From assembly GCA_965603825.1 (NCBI GenBank), contig CBFDEM010000032.1, forward strand, positions 744,001-808,000: DNA of 64,000 bases. Direction: 5' to 3'. Position numbers and translations under genes: made by a program. This document shows positions 11,255 to 22,521 of the stretch, one piece after another; the first letter of the stretch is position 1, and each line of letters begins with the position of its first letter. The notes beneath the pieces are model-generated. The model saw only the letters and a list, made by a program, of their open reading frames with translations, made no database searches and was not told the origin of the DNA. The stretch is from Blepharisma stoltei ATCC 30299. Lineage: Eukaryota; Protista; Ciliophora.

Positions 11255-11689
11255 TTTCTTATTTAAGGCTCTTATATATCAAATTTTAATTAAAATTTTC
11301 ATAAATATACCTTGCCTAGCTGAAGTTATAATTAGAGCTGCTAGCCTCATCAGAATATTTCATTGTGGGCATAGTATAGTAGCAGTATCAGAACTTGATA
11401 AAAAATCATAGACTTCACATGCTTTTTTGGTTTGAGTTCTATAAGAATTGATTTGAATTCGCTTTTGGGCTTTCAGCTTTTTTGGCTTTTCTTGAGTTAA
11501 AGATCGAAGGACCAAAGTTTGAGAAGTCTTCGAAATATTAATTTCAGGCTCCTGAGATTGTGTGAGAATGGCGTCGAGCTGCTCATGAATTACTATGCCA
11601 GTTAGGCCTTGGAATCTAAGAGGCTTCTTTGTTATTGCATCTGGGCACTGTTGATCAAGCATCTAAAAATTTATTTAAATAAGGGGATT
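11218..11689. repeat. ~470-bp direct repeat, copy A
   Basis: Near-identical to 13776-14242; differs by an extra atagt and a few substitutions. Confidence 0.95.
11360..11662 (-). pseudogene. Frameshifted duplicate of the 113-aa hypothetical gene at 13874-14215
   Basis: Same protein up to DTAT; the 5-nt duplication atagtatagt at ~11371-11380 shifts the frame. Confidence 0.75.
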
Positions 11690-11696
11690 GAAATCA

Positions 11697-12095
11697 TATT
11701 TAGATGGAGAAAATCTTCAAATAGAAAAAGAAGAAACTGATAAAAACCAAAGAATAGAAAGGTCTAAAAAAGAAATAGACGAAGTAAAAGAATGAATACA
11801 AGATTAATTCATAAAACCCAAGAATTACAAGAAAATGAAAACACTGAAGAAGAAATCATAAAATCATAGGAAACCCCAAACAGACTATCAGAAAGGCTAT
11901 CAATTACATATATAATCTGTTAAGTGAACAATTAAAGTCTCAAATTAAAGAAATAAGCAAGCTTCAATTGAAATAAAAATTCAAAAAATGAAAGTACTTT
12001 TATATTAAATAAAGAAAGCATAAGAGATCCTTTTGAAAGAAGCCAAGCAAATATGTACTTCAATCAGCTTACTTATATTAAAAACGCAATTTAAT
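11697..12095 (+). pseudogene. Decayed E/K-rich coiled-coil coding remnant
   Basis: Purine-rich coding-like composition (YLDGENLQIEKEETDKNQRIERSKKEIDEVKE...) broken by several TAA/TAG and frameshifts. Confidence 0.35.
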
Positions 12096-12171
12096 CCTTT
12101 CTAATTAGAATTGAAGTTAAATTGAGTTATTAATTACCTTCAATAACCTCAGATTTTTCAGCGTCACCTTC

Positions 12172-13768
12172 TTAAGCTCTTCTCAGTGCATCAATAGCTT
12201 CTTCAACTTTAAGTTTTAATTCATGTGGGCTATTAAATAATGATAAAAGTTCTTCATTTTCCATTTCCAAAAGCATATCAGTGATCTTCCCTGCAATCTT
12301 TGAGTTCGAATTCATCAGCACAACTGGGTACAGCACTGCTCCTAGCATACTTTTTTTGGATTCTGGTAGAGCAATTTCATAGGCTCTGATATCGAAATTT
12401 ATTGGTACTGGCTGAGGCTGGGCTAATATTTGAGAAGGGAAAGGGTTAACTTGCTGCTGAGGGAATTCTTGAAGAGGGAACTCTTGGGGTGAAGACGGCA
12501 GCTTTCCTCTCCCTATTTTTTTAGATTTAGCCCTTCCTCTTCCAGGCATAACTTTTGGCTGCTTTAATCCTCTATCTCCAGGGATCATTCCATATTTAAG
12601 CATGTGATTCTGCATCTTCTTCATCTTGGAGATGTTAATCGCGTTCGCAATTTCTTTCCTTGGTTTCCAAAAAACCACGTAAAGCTTTTTATCTCCTATT
12701 GATTTATTCCTCATCTCTTGAACAGCTCTTATAGCGCTCTCAGGTTTGACGAAAAGAATATAGGCGACGCCTTTTACAGTGAATTCTCTGATTATTTCAT
12801 TGTTTTGGTAGCTTAGTCTTTCAACTTTTGGAATGTTTATAGATTCGATTTCTCCGAATTCTAGGAAAAAATTTTCTCAGCTCTTCTTCAGCAATGTCAA
12901 GTGGAAGACCTCTTATATAGATATTTCTTTGTTTCCAGTCTTCTTTCTTTTGCTCATTTTCTTGTCTCAGCAGCGCTAAACGCTTTTTCTTGTTCATGTG
13001 AACTGCAATGTACCAGATAAATCCGTTGTCAGATTTTCCATTTAAGGCTTGCATAGCGTTTGAGGCGTCTTCTTGATTGGCAAAGCAGACAATACCAAAG
13101 TATCTCTTAGTGCCATCTTCTTGCTTCTTGAACAGAATCTCGTGATGAGTGATTATGCCGAATGGTGAAAAAATGGCATGGAGTTGCTCAGTTGTCATAT
13201 CAGCACCAAAACCTCTTACATAAAGGACTTCATCCTCAGAGATTATTCTGCTGCTGGCTGGAATATACTTGCTAACTTCCAATTCGCTTCCTCTCAGTAA
13301 TGATCCATTTCCATAAGCAATTGCTGCTTCAGCCGCTTCACGCTCATCATACTGAATGAAGCCGAATTTCTTAGAAATTCCATTTTCATCATAGCTGATC
13401 TTACAAGACAAAATGCCACCATAATCCTTAAAGTGATTTTCAAGCTCTTTATAGGTAACATTTTCGTTTATATTTTTTACAAAAATATTAGCTTCAGGGT
13501 CACGCTCTTTATCAAATCTCATCGCTCTAATGACTTTGCCTTTGAAGAGCAGCCCATTCATCTCGTTTCTTGCTAGGATCGCAGAAGCAGCATCAAGAAA
13601 TTTGATAAATGCAACTTCACGAGACAATTTTGTGCCGGCATGTCTGAGAACTCTGATATGTGAAACTTGACCATATTGTGAGGCTTGCTTGTAAAGGTCA
13701 GATTCAGTAACAGTCGGATCAAGATCGCTTACGACTATTTCTAATTCACTACTAGGACATTGCTGCAT
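12172..13768 (-). pseudogene. PABP: Poly(A)-binding protein (4 RRM + MLLE/PABC), single frameshift
   Basis: RRM motifs (NIFVKNI, KKFGFIQY, NIYIRGL) and C-terminal KIAGKITDMLLEMENEELL. Removing one T from the T6 run at 12866-12871 fuses the two ORFs (LRKFFLEFGEIESINI...GVAYILF). Could also be an assembly homopolymer error. Confidence 0.85.
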
Positions 13769-13775
13769 TTTTTCT

Positions 13776-14242
13776 TAAGAATTTATTCTTCTCTAAATGC
13801 ATAATGATCTAACTTCTTATTTAAGGCTCTTATATATCAAATTTTAATTAAAATTTTCATAAATATACCTTGCCTAGCTGAAGTTATAATTAGAGCTGCT
13901 AGCCTCATCAGAATATTTCATTGTGGGCATAGTAGCAGTATCAGAACTTGATAAAAAATCATAGACTTCACATGCTTTTTTGGTTTGAGTTCTATAAGAA
14001 TTGATTTGAATTCGCTTTTGGGCTTTCAGCTTTTTTGGCTTTTCTTGAGTTAAAGATCGAAGGACCAAAGTTTGAGAAGTCTTCGAAATATTAATTTCAG
14101 GCTCCTGAGATTGTGTGAGAATGGCGTCGAGCTGCTCATGAATTACTATGCCAGTTAGGCCTTGGAATCTAAGAGGCTTCTTTGTTATTGCATCTGGGCA
14201 CTGTTGATCAAACATCTAAAAATTTATTTAAATAAGGGGATT
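13776..14242. repeat. ~470-bp direct repeat, copy B (contains the KNLFFSKCIMI* tail of an array gene)
   Basis: Matches 11218-11689. Confidence 0.95.
13874..14215 (-). CDS. Hypothetical 113-aa protein
   Basis: ATG to TAG ORF with AT-rich flanks; duplicated at 11360-11662. Confidence 0.6.
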   Translation of the reverse strand: MFDQQCPDAITKKPLRFQGLTGIVIHEQLDAILTQSQEPEINISKTSQTLVLRSLTQEKPKKLKAQKRIQINSYRTQTKKACEVYDFLSSSDTATMPTMKYSDEASSSNYNFS

Positions 14243-14731
14243 TAAATAATTATGAATGTTTTAAATATGAGAAAATTTGTAATTTAAGATCCAAATAAAT
14301 ATTAGGAGTTACTTAAGTAATCTTAGAGATTTGTTAAATTTAATTAATTAAATATTCCTTTTAAAAAATGCTGCAAAAACCTTTTGAATATAAAAGTTAA
14401 TAAAAATAAGAAACTTTTTATATTTAACTTCTATAGAATTAAACTTAATATTTACACTACTCTATAAGACAAAGAAGTTATTTTCAAGTTTTATTATTAT
14501 TTTTTGTATTCAATTTAGTCTCATAAAAAGGGCTTTAATTTAGAAAAAAAAACCCAATTTTTTTCTTAGTGTTTTAATTTTACTGTTTTGGAATTGAGTG
14601 ATATCAATTTCAGTGTTTTCTTTTGATGAATTATAATTTATAAATATTCAGTTTCTTGAACTTCTGCACATGATTTTCACCATTTTCAAGTTTTATGCAT
14701 TTCTTTTTTTGTTTTTTTATTTCTTATAAAA

Positions 14732-15166
14732 ATGGATATCGAATCAATCATACATTCTAGGCAGCAATTCGCTATGAATTGGCTATCTAATTACATCAAC
14801 TTAAGCCAAATTTTTACTGCCTATTCCCTACAAAAATCATTTGAGGCCTCAACAATTAATCAGAAACTAGACAAAAACTTAGCAGAAAAAATAGAAAAAA
14901 ATAATTTTCATTGTACAGTTTGCAATAAAGATTTCAACTCCTATAAAGGTTTAAAGCAGCATATAGGTAAAAGCCACGACAATACAGTCAAAAATTTTTG
15001 CTGTGAGACTTGCAGCAGGCTTTTCAACAATAAATATGCTTTGAAATTCCATATAAGGCAGGTGCACGAAAAATCAACCGCTGTGAAGTGCGATGCATGC
15101 GAAAAAGTATTTTATAATAAATACAAACTGAAGGAGCACTCAACCAAAGCCCACAATAATTTATAA
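14732..15166 (+). CDS. C2H2 zinc-finger protein (3 fingers)
   Basis: CTVC..HIGKSH, CETC..HIRQVH, CDAC..HSTKAH. Confidence 0.9.
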   Translation: MDIESIIHSRQQFAMNWLSNYINLSQIFTAYSLQKSFEASTINQKLDKNLAEKIEKNNFHCTVCNKDFNSYKGLKQHIGKSHDNTVKNFCCETCSRLFNNKYALKFHIRQVHEKSTAVKCDACEKVFYNKYKLKEHSTKAHNNL

Positions 15167-15343
15167 TATCCTAAAATTTTTGTTCATAATTATAAATTTT
15201 GCTATAAATAAAAAATTTTTATCTCATTTGAATAGTGAAATTGACAATTTTGCTATAATAATTATGAATTCAGCAGAAAAACAATTAATTTATTTTTGCA
15301 GGTTTTATACCTATATCCATTTTTAAACTGATAATCTTTATTC

Positions 15344-16321
15344 ATGGGATTTCATTATTCAGAGCTGATAATGTAAATTCAATATAGGCATCTGCTTTAT
15401 GCATATCTGGGGTATTCTACGTTTAAAGCAATAAGAGTTCCTCCGAATGAAGCTACTGAGAAATCAGAACACAAGAAAAAGAAGCTTTTAATGAAATGGG
15501 TTTCCTGCACAATTCTTTTATACTTCCAAGGAGCTTTAGATTATTTTGTGTCATGAGTCCCTACTTATTATTTCTGGAAAACTATTTTAATTTCGCTTAT
15601 TTTGGTAGAAAACAGCTTGGCTGTCAAGCTGCTCCAAAATTTCGAAAATCATATACAGGAAGTTGAAAATTATATAGACAGTGCACAAAATTCAGTATAT
15701 AGACGCTTATCTTTTCTTACTTTTCCTTTCTTTAAAGCTACCTTAAAAACTTTGAAATTTGTCATACAAGGAGCATCTTCAGACCAGCTTAAAGAATTAG
15801 AAATTCTAATTAAATTGTACAAAACACCGACTCAAAAGGCAGAAGATGAGGAAAAATTTGACAAAACTGAGCTGAGAAAGTACCAAACTTTCAGAAAGGT
15901 AGATGAGGACGAAAAATTTGACAAAAATGAGCTTAAAAAGTACCAGACTAATAGAAAAGTAGAAGAGGAAGAAAAATTTGACAAAACTGAGCTGAAAAAA
16001 TACCAAACTTTACCTTCACCAGCTAAAAAAATTGCTCCACCTGCCAAAACTCCTTGGAAAGCCAATGTGCATTTTATGCTCAAAAAAGGAATGTCCTCAT
16101 ATTTTCCACATACTATTTGGTTTGACGTAAAAAATAAACTTTTGCATTGGAAAGCTGAAGGTGACGACCAGACTTTTAATGATACTTTTATAGGGGTCAA
16201 GGTAAAAGATGAAAAAAAATATTTATTAGAAATAAAATTAGCAACTTCAACGAAAATAGTCAAGTTTGTGGATCTGAAAAATATGAATAACTGGGAAGGA
16301 TTCTTGCAAGGGCAGGCTTAA
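15344..16321 (+). CDS. TB2/DP1/HVA22 (REEP/Yop1-like) membrane protein with three beta-thymosin-like repeats and a C-terminal PH-like domain; 15-nt intron 15373-15387
   Basis: After splicing GTAAATTCAATATAG and reading TGA 15554 as W: MGFHYSELIMHLLYAYLGYSTFKAI...LLMKWVSC...ALDYFVSWVPTYYFWK, in frame with ORF 15602. Confidence 0.75.
15373..15387 (+). other. 15-nt spliceosomal intron
   Basis: GTAAATTCAATATAG; carries an in-frame TAA; A at position 10. Confidence 0.85.
15841..16011 (+). repeat. 60-nt x3 coding repeat (EEKFDKTELKKYQT)
   Basis: Direct alignment of lines 15841, 15901 and 15961. Confidence 0.9.
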
Positions 16322-16365
16322 TAATTATATTATTTTCATTGATTTTTTTAAAATAATAATCTACA

Positions 16366-17391
16366 TTAGTCTTTTGGCAAAAAAGAATGCGAAACCACTG
16401 GCTTTTCTTCAATTTTACTCACAACTTCTTCTTTACCTTTTTTTAAAAATTTTTCAATTTTTTCAAATTTCTCTTTGTCAATAATTTTTTTCTCTTCATC
16501 GACCTTAATTTCAACGAAATCTGACTTAATGTCGTTATCATTTTTGCTATACATCTTTATGGCTTCTACCTTTACGAGAACATTCTGTAGCAGACGGTCT
16601 AAGTTTTCTTTTTCTTGGATTTGCTTATTAAATTCAGAGCTTATGCTGCTTATTTGAATTTCTGCGCTGTCTATTTGGTCTTTAAGTCTACTTATGCTTT
16701 CTAATAGTTCTTTTTCGCTCTCCACAAGCCTTAAAACTTGAGATTCTAAATGGACTTTTTCTTGTTTCAGCATATCTAGCTGAGTATTTTGGAGCTCAAT
16801 TGATGAGCTTAAATGGTCTAACTGATTGTCTATAGTCCCTTTATACTCAAAAATCTCTTCAACAGACTCTGCTAAGTCACTAAAAATTCCAATTCCTTGA
16901 GCTTGCTCATTTTGCATTTGGATTTTTTGTCTATTTAACGCTTTGATTTCTTCTTTAGCATCAGCTAAGTCTTCATTGTTTTTATTTATTTCGTTTATTT
17001 GTGTTTCTAAAGAATTTTGCAAATTTTTAATATTGTCTTGCAACTGATTTCTGGTGTCTTGCATGGATTTTATTTCTTTCATAGTGAAAAGCTTTTCGTT
17101 TTCTAGGTCATCGATAAACCCTTTTTCTTTAGAAATTTTGGATTCTGAGTCTTCTATTTGTTGCTGGAGAGAAGTATTTAAGGTTTCTAGCTTAGCTTTG
17201 CGGTCTTCTAAGGATTTAACTTTGGTTTTGGTGGATTCGAGAGAGAAAAGAGCTGGAATTAGGTCAAGTTCATCTCCATCTGCCTTAAGAGGATCGCAGT
17301 CAAGGTTTAATTGAGGATAAAGTTCTTTTAGCTCATTACAAGGGACAGAGTATGTGAAGCCTATAAGGAGAAGTAATAGAAAACCCTTCAT
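16366..17391 (-). CDS. Secreted long coiled-coil protein
   Basis: Signal peptide MKGFLLLLLIGFTYS followed by heptad-rich E/K/Q sequence. Confidence 0.8.
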   Translation of the reverse strand: MKGFLLLLLIGFTYSVPCNELKELYPQLNLDCDPLKADGDELDLIPALFSLESTKTKVKSLEDRKAKLETLNTSLQQQIEDSESKISKEKGFIDDLENEKLFTMKEIKSMQDTRNQLQDNIKNLQNSLETQINEINKNNEDLADAKEEIKALNRQKIQMQNEQAQGIGIFSDLAESVEEIFEYKGTIDNQLDHLSSSIELQNTQLDMLKQEKVHLESQVLRLVESEKELLESISRLKDQIDSAEIQISSISSEFNKQIQEKENLDRLLQNVLVKVEAIKMYSKNDNDIKSDFVEIKVDEEKKIIDKEKFEKIEKFLKKGKEEVVSKIEEKPVVSHSFLPKD

Positions 17392-17588
17392 TAAATTATT
17401 ATTTTAACGGATTTTTAGCGTATCCATTTTTGATTAGGGATATTTTAACATTCATGCTTTTATCCTATTAAAAGATTGATACAAAATGCTATTTTTATGC
17501 ATCTAAATAATTTTATATGCTTAATAAAGCATTAAATTTTGTTAATACAATTGCCTTACCAAATAAATTTTATTATAACAATTTTGAA

Positions 17589-18092
17589 TTATTCTCTTTC
17601 TAGCTTTATTTTTATCCTATTTTTCGACTTAATGAGCTCTCTATACTCACTTCTACTAGTCAGCTTCATTTTAATCGGCTTTGGAGTAGTTGTTATTACA
17701 TTTGACAGCATTTGTCCTGAAAACTCATACGGTGCTGTTTTCAGCTGAAATGATGAAGATTCTCGCTTTAATCTTGCTGGGGAATCAAAAGAAAATTTTC
17801 GGAAAAATCCTCTGAAGTTCATATGGTGTGGATTTGATGAAGGTGGAAACTTATAAGGCTCTTTAATCCCAGACGCCTTTCTTGATATTAGTTGGTTACT
17901 TTTATACATTTCTTTTTTCCTTTTTACTCTGTTTAGTGAATGATAAAACGATCTTCGATGATGGGATTCGTCGAATGAGCTGTTAAGATTCCACAATTTA
18001 TTATCCTCTGTAGGAAGTCTAATAATGAGCTTCAGTTGAGGTTTCGGTGATAAAGAGCGCTCTGGGTTAATAGAGTGATGCTTGGAATTCAT
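17589..18092 (-). CDS. Hypothetical basic protein
   Basis: 167-aa ATG-TAA ORF with AT-rich flanks. Confidence 0.6.
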   Translation of the reverse strand: MNSKHHSINPERSLSPKPQLKLIIRLPTEDNKLWNLNSSFDESHHRRSFYHSLNRVKRKKEMYKSNQLISRKASGIKEPYKFPPSSNPHHMNFRGFFRKFSFDSPARLKRESSSFQLKTAPYEFSGQMLSNVITTTPKPIKMKLTSRSEYRELIKSKNRIKIKLERE

Positions 18093-18547
18093 AATTCATA
18101 TGGATTTTTATAAGTGTTATTTCAATTTACCATTTCTCTAATGGTGGTAATTTTTAAGAAAAAAGGCTCATGATTTTGTATTTTTATACATAAAATGCTT
18201 AAATTTAAGCTAAATTTACATGAAAAATGGAAAACCTTTATACTAAAGTGGGCAGATGCAATTTTCTGAAAAAAAAACCAAGAAAAAAGGGAAGAATTTT
18301 TTTGATTTTAAATTCAAAATTACGAGGTGTGAATCATAGTTTTGCAGTAAAATAAGAAAATTCCTTTGAAATTTTGATTTTATTTTTTTTGAAAATAATA
18401 ACCATCATTTTTCAATAAAAATTTGATCAGGGTCTCCATAAACCATGATCATTATTTTGGAACAATCTCCTCAAGACAGCTCAAGATTTTCGTGCAATAA
18501 ACGTAATTTTCCATCTTAAATTTTAGGTGAATAATAATAATTTAATT

Positions 18548-18901
18548 ATGATAACTCCTGAGCCACTACCCAAGGAATTTGAAAACACCTTTGAAAAAGA
18601 AAGTAAACTAACGAAAAAATCAAAAGAACAAGATTTCCAAGTGAAATATAAAACTGAGATGTGTAAAAACTGGATAAATGGCCACTGTCAATTCGGTGAC
18701 AACTGTGCTTTCGCTCATGGCAAAGAAGAATTACGTGAAAAAACCTTGTCTAAAAAAGAGTGCACACACTTTGCAGAAGGTTTTTGCGTTTACGGAGATA
18801 GGTGTCTTTTTAAGCATATTGTCAGCTCAAAACGAAGGCTGCCTGTTTTTATAAATATATCAATGAAAGGACAGATGGAGAGACTAGAGTATGTCATCTA
18901 G
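18548..18901 (+). CDS. Tandem CCCH zinc-finger (TTP/ZFP36-like) RNA-binding protein
   Basis: KYKTEMCKNW..CQFGDNCAFAHG plus a second CTHF..C..C...H finger; first ATG at 18548. Confidence 0.88.
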   Translation: MITPEPLPKEFENTFEKESKLTKKSKEQDFQVKYKTEMCKNWINGHCQFGDNCAFAHGKEELREKTLSKKECTHFAEGFCVYGDRCLFKHIVSSKRRLPVFINISMKGQMERLEYVI

Positions 18902-19025
18902 ATAATCTTTATCTTTATCTTTATCTTAAATCTAATTTTATTCAAATTTCATTTATATGGTTAAAAAAAAGAATATATGCAGCATAAAAGTATTCAAAAA
19001 ATTACATATTAAATGTTTTATAATT

Positions 19026-19673
19026 ATGGAAGAAATACCAGAAGAATTTTTCTTATGTGAAGAATACACTCTATTTAATGAATCATTAGGAGAATACACA
19101 CAAGAATTCTACGCATTAAAATCAGCTTGCACAGACTATGATTTAACTGGACAGGTTATATGGCCCGGTGCAAAAATTTTAAGCCAATATTTATTAGAAA
19201 ATCAGCACAAATTACAAGATAAAGATTTATTAGAAGTAGGCTCAGGGTCTGGATTTACCGGCCTTTTTTGCTCACATTTTGCAAGAAAAGTGGTTTTGAG
19301 TGACGGAAATGACATTGTTTTAAGGCTTCTTGAGAAAAATAAAGTTTTTGGTCATTGCCCGATTTTTGTATGCAAAATTGAATGGAATGAAGACAACTCA
19401 GCCGCTGAGCTAGAATCAAAAGAATTGCCAATAAAATACCCAGTGATTATAGGATCAGATGTGATTTATAGTATAGATGCAGTTATACCTTTATTTAACA
19501 CAATAAATAAACACTTGGAAAATGACGGAGAGTTCATTATGTGCTACACAAACAGAGCAATGAACAATTACAGAGTTCTGTTAGAAGAAAGTGAGAAACT
19601 TGGGTTTTCCCATGAAGTCTTGTGGAATGAGCTGAATGTTTATTTATACTCTTTTAAAAAAATCAATAATTAA
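19026..19673 (+). CDS. Family-16 (METTL21/22-like) SAM-dependent protein methyltransferase
   Basis: TGQVIWPGA, LLEVGSGSG, VVLSDG and IIGSDVIY motifs. Confidence 0.88.
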   Translation: MEEIPEEFFLCEEYTLFNESLGEYTQEFYALKSACTDYDLTGQVIWPGAKILSQYLLENQHKLQDKDLLEVGSGSGFTGLFCSHFARKVVLSDGNDIVLRLLEKNKVFGHCPIFVCKIEWNEDNSAAELESKELPIKYPVIIGSDVIYSIDAVIPLFNTINKHLENDGEFIMCYTNRAMNNYRVLLEESEKLGFSHEVLWNELNVYLYSFKKINN

Positions 19674-20008
19674 AAAAATACTTCGAAAAATTGAGTTTTT
19701 ATAGTCAAAATGCAGCTTGTTCGCTGTTTTGATCTATTTTCTTCATTGAAATTGAAGCCTTATGCTGTCTGAGTGCCATAAAAATGGATTTCCAAGCCAT
19801 TCTTGTCCTCCAGCGAACCCAAAAATGATAATCAGCATTCCTCAGTCTAAAATTTTTCTTAAAAAATCATCTGCATATCATTTCCTTTCACAAATACCTC
19901 GATTTTCGTTAATTAGAAACTAGCTTATTTTGCCATATTCTTTACCATAAAACAAGCTGATTTTTAGGAATTTCATGAGTTAATAATTTATGATCTGATC
20001 TGCCAAAG

Positions 20009-22495
20009 ATGGAGAACAGTAAGAGCGCAAACAAAAACAAACCCCAAGCTAAAAAACAAGGAAAACAGCCAGCAGCTAAAGGAAAGAAGATGTCAGCCAT
20101 CGCAAAAATGGCCCTACAAGCTAGAATGGACGCTGAAGAAGAGGAAGCACTAAGACTAAAAGAGGAAGAAGAACTTAAACAAAAAGAGATTGAAGAAGAA
20201 AAGAAGCGGCAAGAAGAAGAAAAAAAGAAAAAAGAAGAAGCCGAAAGAATCAAAAAAGAACGACTGGAATGGAAAAAAGAGCAAAAAAGACTAGGCCTCT
20301 GGAAAACCCCACAGCAGCTCGAAAAAGAAAGAAGGGACCGAGAAGCCTCAAAAGCTTTCATTGAGCAAGGACTCGTCAAGCCTACTGACGAATCTCAGCC
20401 TCGTGGCTTGCCAAGTGGCAAAAGAGCCAAAAAGGAAAGCGTTGAAGAGAAAAAAGAAATCGAAGAAGCCCCAGTAGAAGAACAAAAAGAAGTTGAAGAA
20501 GAAAAAGAAGACGATATTATGGATGACTGGGAAAATATGCTAGAAGAAAATGATATTAATTTGAAACAAGACACGACCAAGCTGAAGCCAAATCAGCTTT
20601 TGCATGAAGACGAGCTTGAAAAAGTTGAAGAAAAAGCTAAACCACCCCCACCTCCTCCAAAGGTGAAAAAAGAAAAAAAGCCAGCTGCAGACGAGCCTGC
20701 ACAAGAATTCAAAGCTCCTGTTTTGTGCATTTTAGGACATGTGGATACAGGCAAAACTAAGCTGCTTGATAAAATTCGCCACACAAATGTCCAAACTGGA
20801 GAAGCAGGAGGTATAACACAACAAATTGGGGCCACAAATTTCCCAGATTATGCATTGCGAGAGCTTATAGCTAAGCTCCCAAATATGAAAATAGACATCC
20901 AAATCCCTGGACTGCTTATAATAGACACCCCTGGCCATGAGTCTTTTTCTAACCTTAGATCAAGAGGTAGCAGCTTATGTAACATCGGGATTTTGGTCGT
21001 AGATATCATGCATGGTCTAGAACCACAGACTTTAGAGTCCTTAGAAATGCTGAGGAAACGAAATATCCCGTTTATTGTTGCACTAAATAAAATTGATAGG
21101 ATGTATGGGTGGAAACCAATGCAGGATGAAGCATTTTTTACGACTTTTAACCAACAAGATGAGAATGCCAGGGATGAGTTCATGAGGAGGGCTAGAGAAA
21201 CAGTGATTGCTTTTGCAGAAAAAGGGCTGAATGCAGCTTTATATTATGAAAACCCAGACCCTGAAGAATATATCAGCTTGGTGCCTACAAGTGCGATTAC
21301 AGGAGAAGGGATTCCTGACCTTTTAGGACTTATTGTGGACATTACACAGACCAGGCTAAATAAATTTATTAAATATAGCCCACAGTTAAGAGCTACAGTG
21401 TTAGAAGTAAAGGTCATTGAAGGGCTAGGAACCACTATTGATGTAATTTTAGCAAATGGAGAAATCAATGAAGATGACACTATTGTAGTCGCAGGATTTG
21501 AAGGGCCTATCTGCACAAATATTAGAGCATTGCTAACACCTCAGCCTCTTAGAGAAATGAGAGTGAAAGGAGAATACCAGCATCACAAATCAATCAGAGC
21601 TACAGCTGGTGTCAAAATTTCCGCACAAGGCTTAGACCATGCTATGTCTGGATCACAGCTCCTCGTTGCAGAAAGTGAAGACGTGATCCCTTACCTTATG
21701 GAAGAAGTCCAAAAAGATGTAGCTCAAATTTTCAGCTCAATCAACCAAAAAGGCAAAGGAGTCCACGTCCAAGCTTCCACAGTCGGGTCCTTAGAAGCCC
21801 TCCTTGAGTTCTTAAAAGAGTCCAAAATCCCTGTCAGCAGCATCAACATTGGCCCAGTCTTCAAAAAAGACGTAATGAAAGCCCAAAGCCAAATCGAAAA
21901 AGGCAACAAAAAACAATACGCAACAGTCCTCGCATTTGACGTAAAAGTCCATCAAGAAGCTGTAGAATACGCTGAAACAAATGGTGTCAAAATTTTCACA
22001 GCAGACATTATCTACCATTTGTTTGACCAGTTCACAAAATACGTTGAAGACGTAAAAAGAGAAGAAAAACTGGCCAGCGGCAAAGGACAAGACGCAGTTT
22101 TTCCTTGTGTGTTGAAAATTGTGGAGGTTTTTAGGACGTCAAGTCCGATTGTGCTAGGTGTTGACGTATTAGGAGGAGTTTTGAAAAAAGGGACGCCTTT
22201 GTGTGTCCCAGATAAAAATAATTTGATTATTGGAAAGGTGGATTCTATTGAATTTGACCATAAACCAGTAGAGTCCAGACGACAAGGACAAGGAAGTGTC
22301 GCGATCAAGCTGAAAGGAATGACCTCAGATCAAGATTCACTGATGGTTGGCAGGCATTTTGAAGAAACCAATCAGTTAGCAAGCTGGATTACAAGGAATT
22401 CTATAGACTCGCTTAAAGAATATTTTATGGACGAAATGACTATGGAAGACTGGAAATTAGTAAAAGTGCTGAAAGAAACCTTTGGAGTCCTATAG
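20009..22495 (+). CDS. eIF5B: Translation initiation factor eIF5B
   Basis: GHVDTGKT, GEAGGITQQIGA, DTPGHE and NKID motifs; charged N-terminus. Confidence 0.97.
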   Translation: MENSKSANKNKPQAKKQGKQPAAKGKKMSAIAKMALQARMDAEEEEALRLKEEEELKQKEIEEEKKRQEEEKKKKEEAERIKKERLEWKKEQKRLGLWKTPQQLEKERRDREASKAFIEQGLVKPTDESQPRGLPSGKRAKKESVEEKKEIEEAPVEEQKEVEEEKEDDIMDDWENMLEENDINLKQDTTKLKPNQLLHEDELEKVEEKAKPPPPPPKVKKEKKPAADEPAQEFKAPVLCILGHVDTGKTKLLDKIRHTNVQTGEAGGITQQIGATNFPDYALRELIAKLPNMKIDIQIPGLLIIDTPGHESFSNLRSRGSSLCNIGILVVDIMHGLEPQTLESLEMLRKRNIPFIVALNKIDRMYGWKPMQDEAFFTTFNQQDENARDEFMRRARETVIAFAEKGLNAALYYENPDPEEYISLVPTSAITGEGIPDLLGLIVDITQTRLNKFIKYSPQLRATVLEVKVIEGLGTTIDVILANGEINEDDTIVVAGFEGPICTNIRALLTPQPLREMRVKGEYQHHKSIRATAGVKISAQGLDHAMSGSQLLVAESEDVIPYLMEEVQKDVAQIFSSINQKGKGVHVQASTVGSLEALLEFLKESKIPVSSINIGPVFKKDVMKAQSQIEKGNKKQYATVLAFDVKVHQEAVEYAETNGVKIFTADIIYHLFDQFTKYVEDVKREEKLASGKGQDAVFPCVLKIVEVFRTSSPIVLGVDVLGGVLKKGTPLCVPDKNNLIIGKVDSIEFDHKPVESRRQGQGSVAIKLKGMTSDQDSLMVGRHFEETNQLASWITRNSIDSLKEYFMDEMTMEDWKLVKVLKETFGVL

Positions 22496-22521
22496 ATAAC
22501 TTAATCATTTAGCTTATAAGT

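Noticed and set aside
11218-14242. LTR retrotransposon
   Set aside because: The repeats are host gene fragments with no TG..CA ends, and the interior is PABP, not gag/pol.
18445-18526. Upstream exon of the CCCH gene via a 24-nt GT..AG
   Set aside because: Splicing gives an immediate TAA and the length is atypical; at most a uORF.
19690-19940. Small minus-strand gene between the methyltransferase and eIF5B
   Set aside because: Only short frames with no recognisable motif; cannot be supported.
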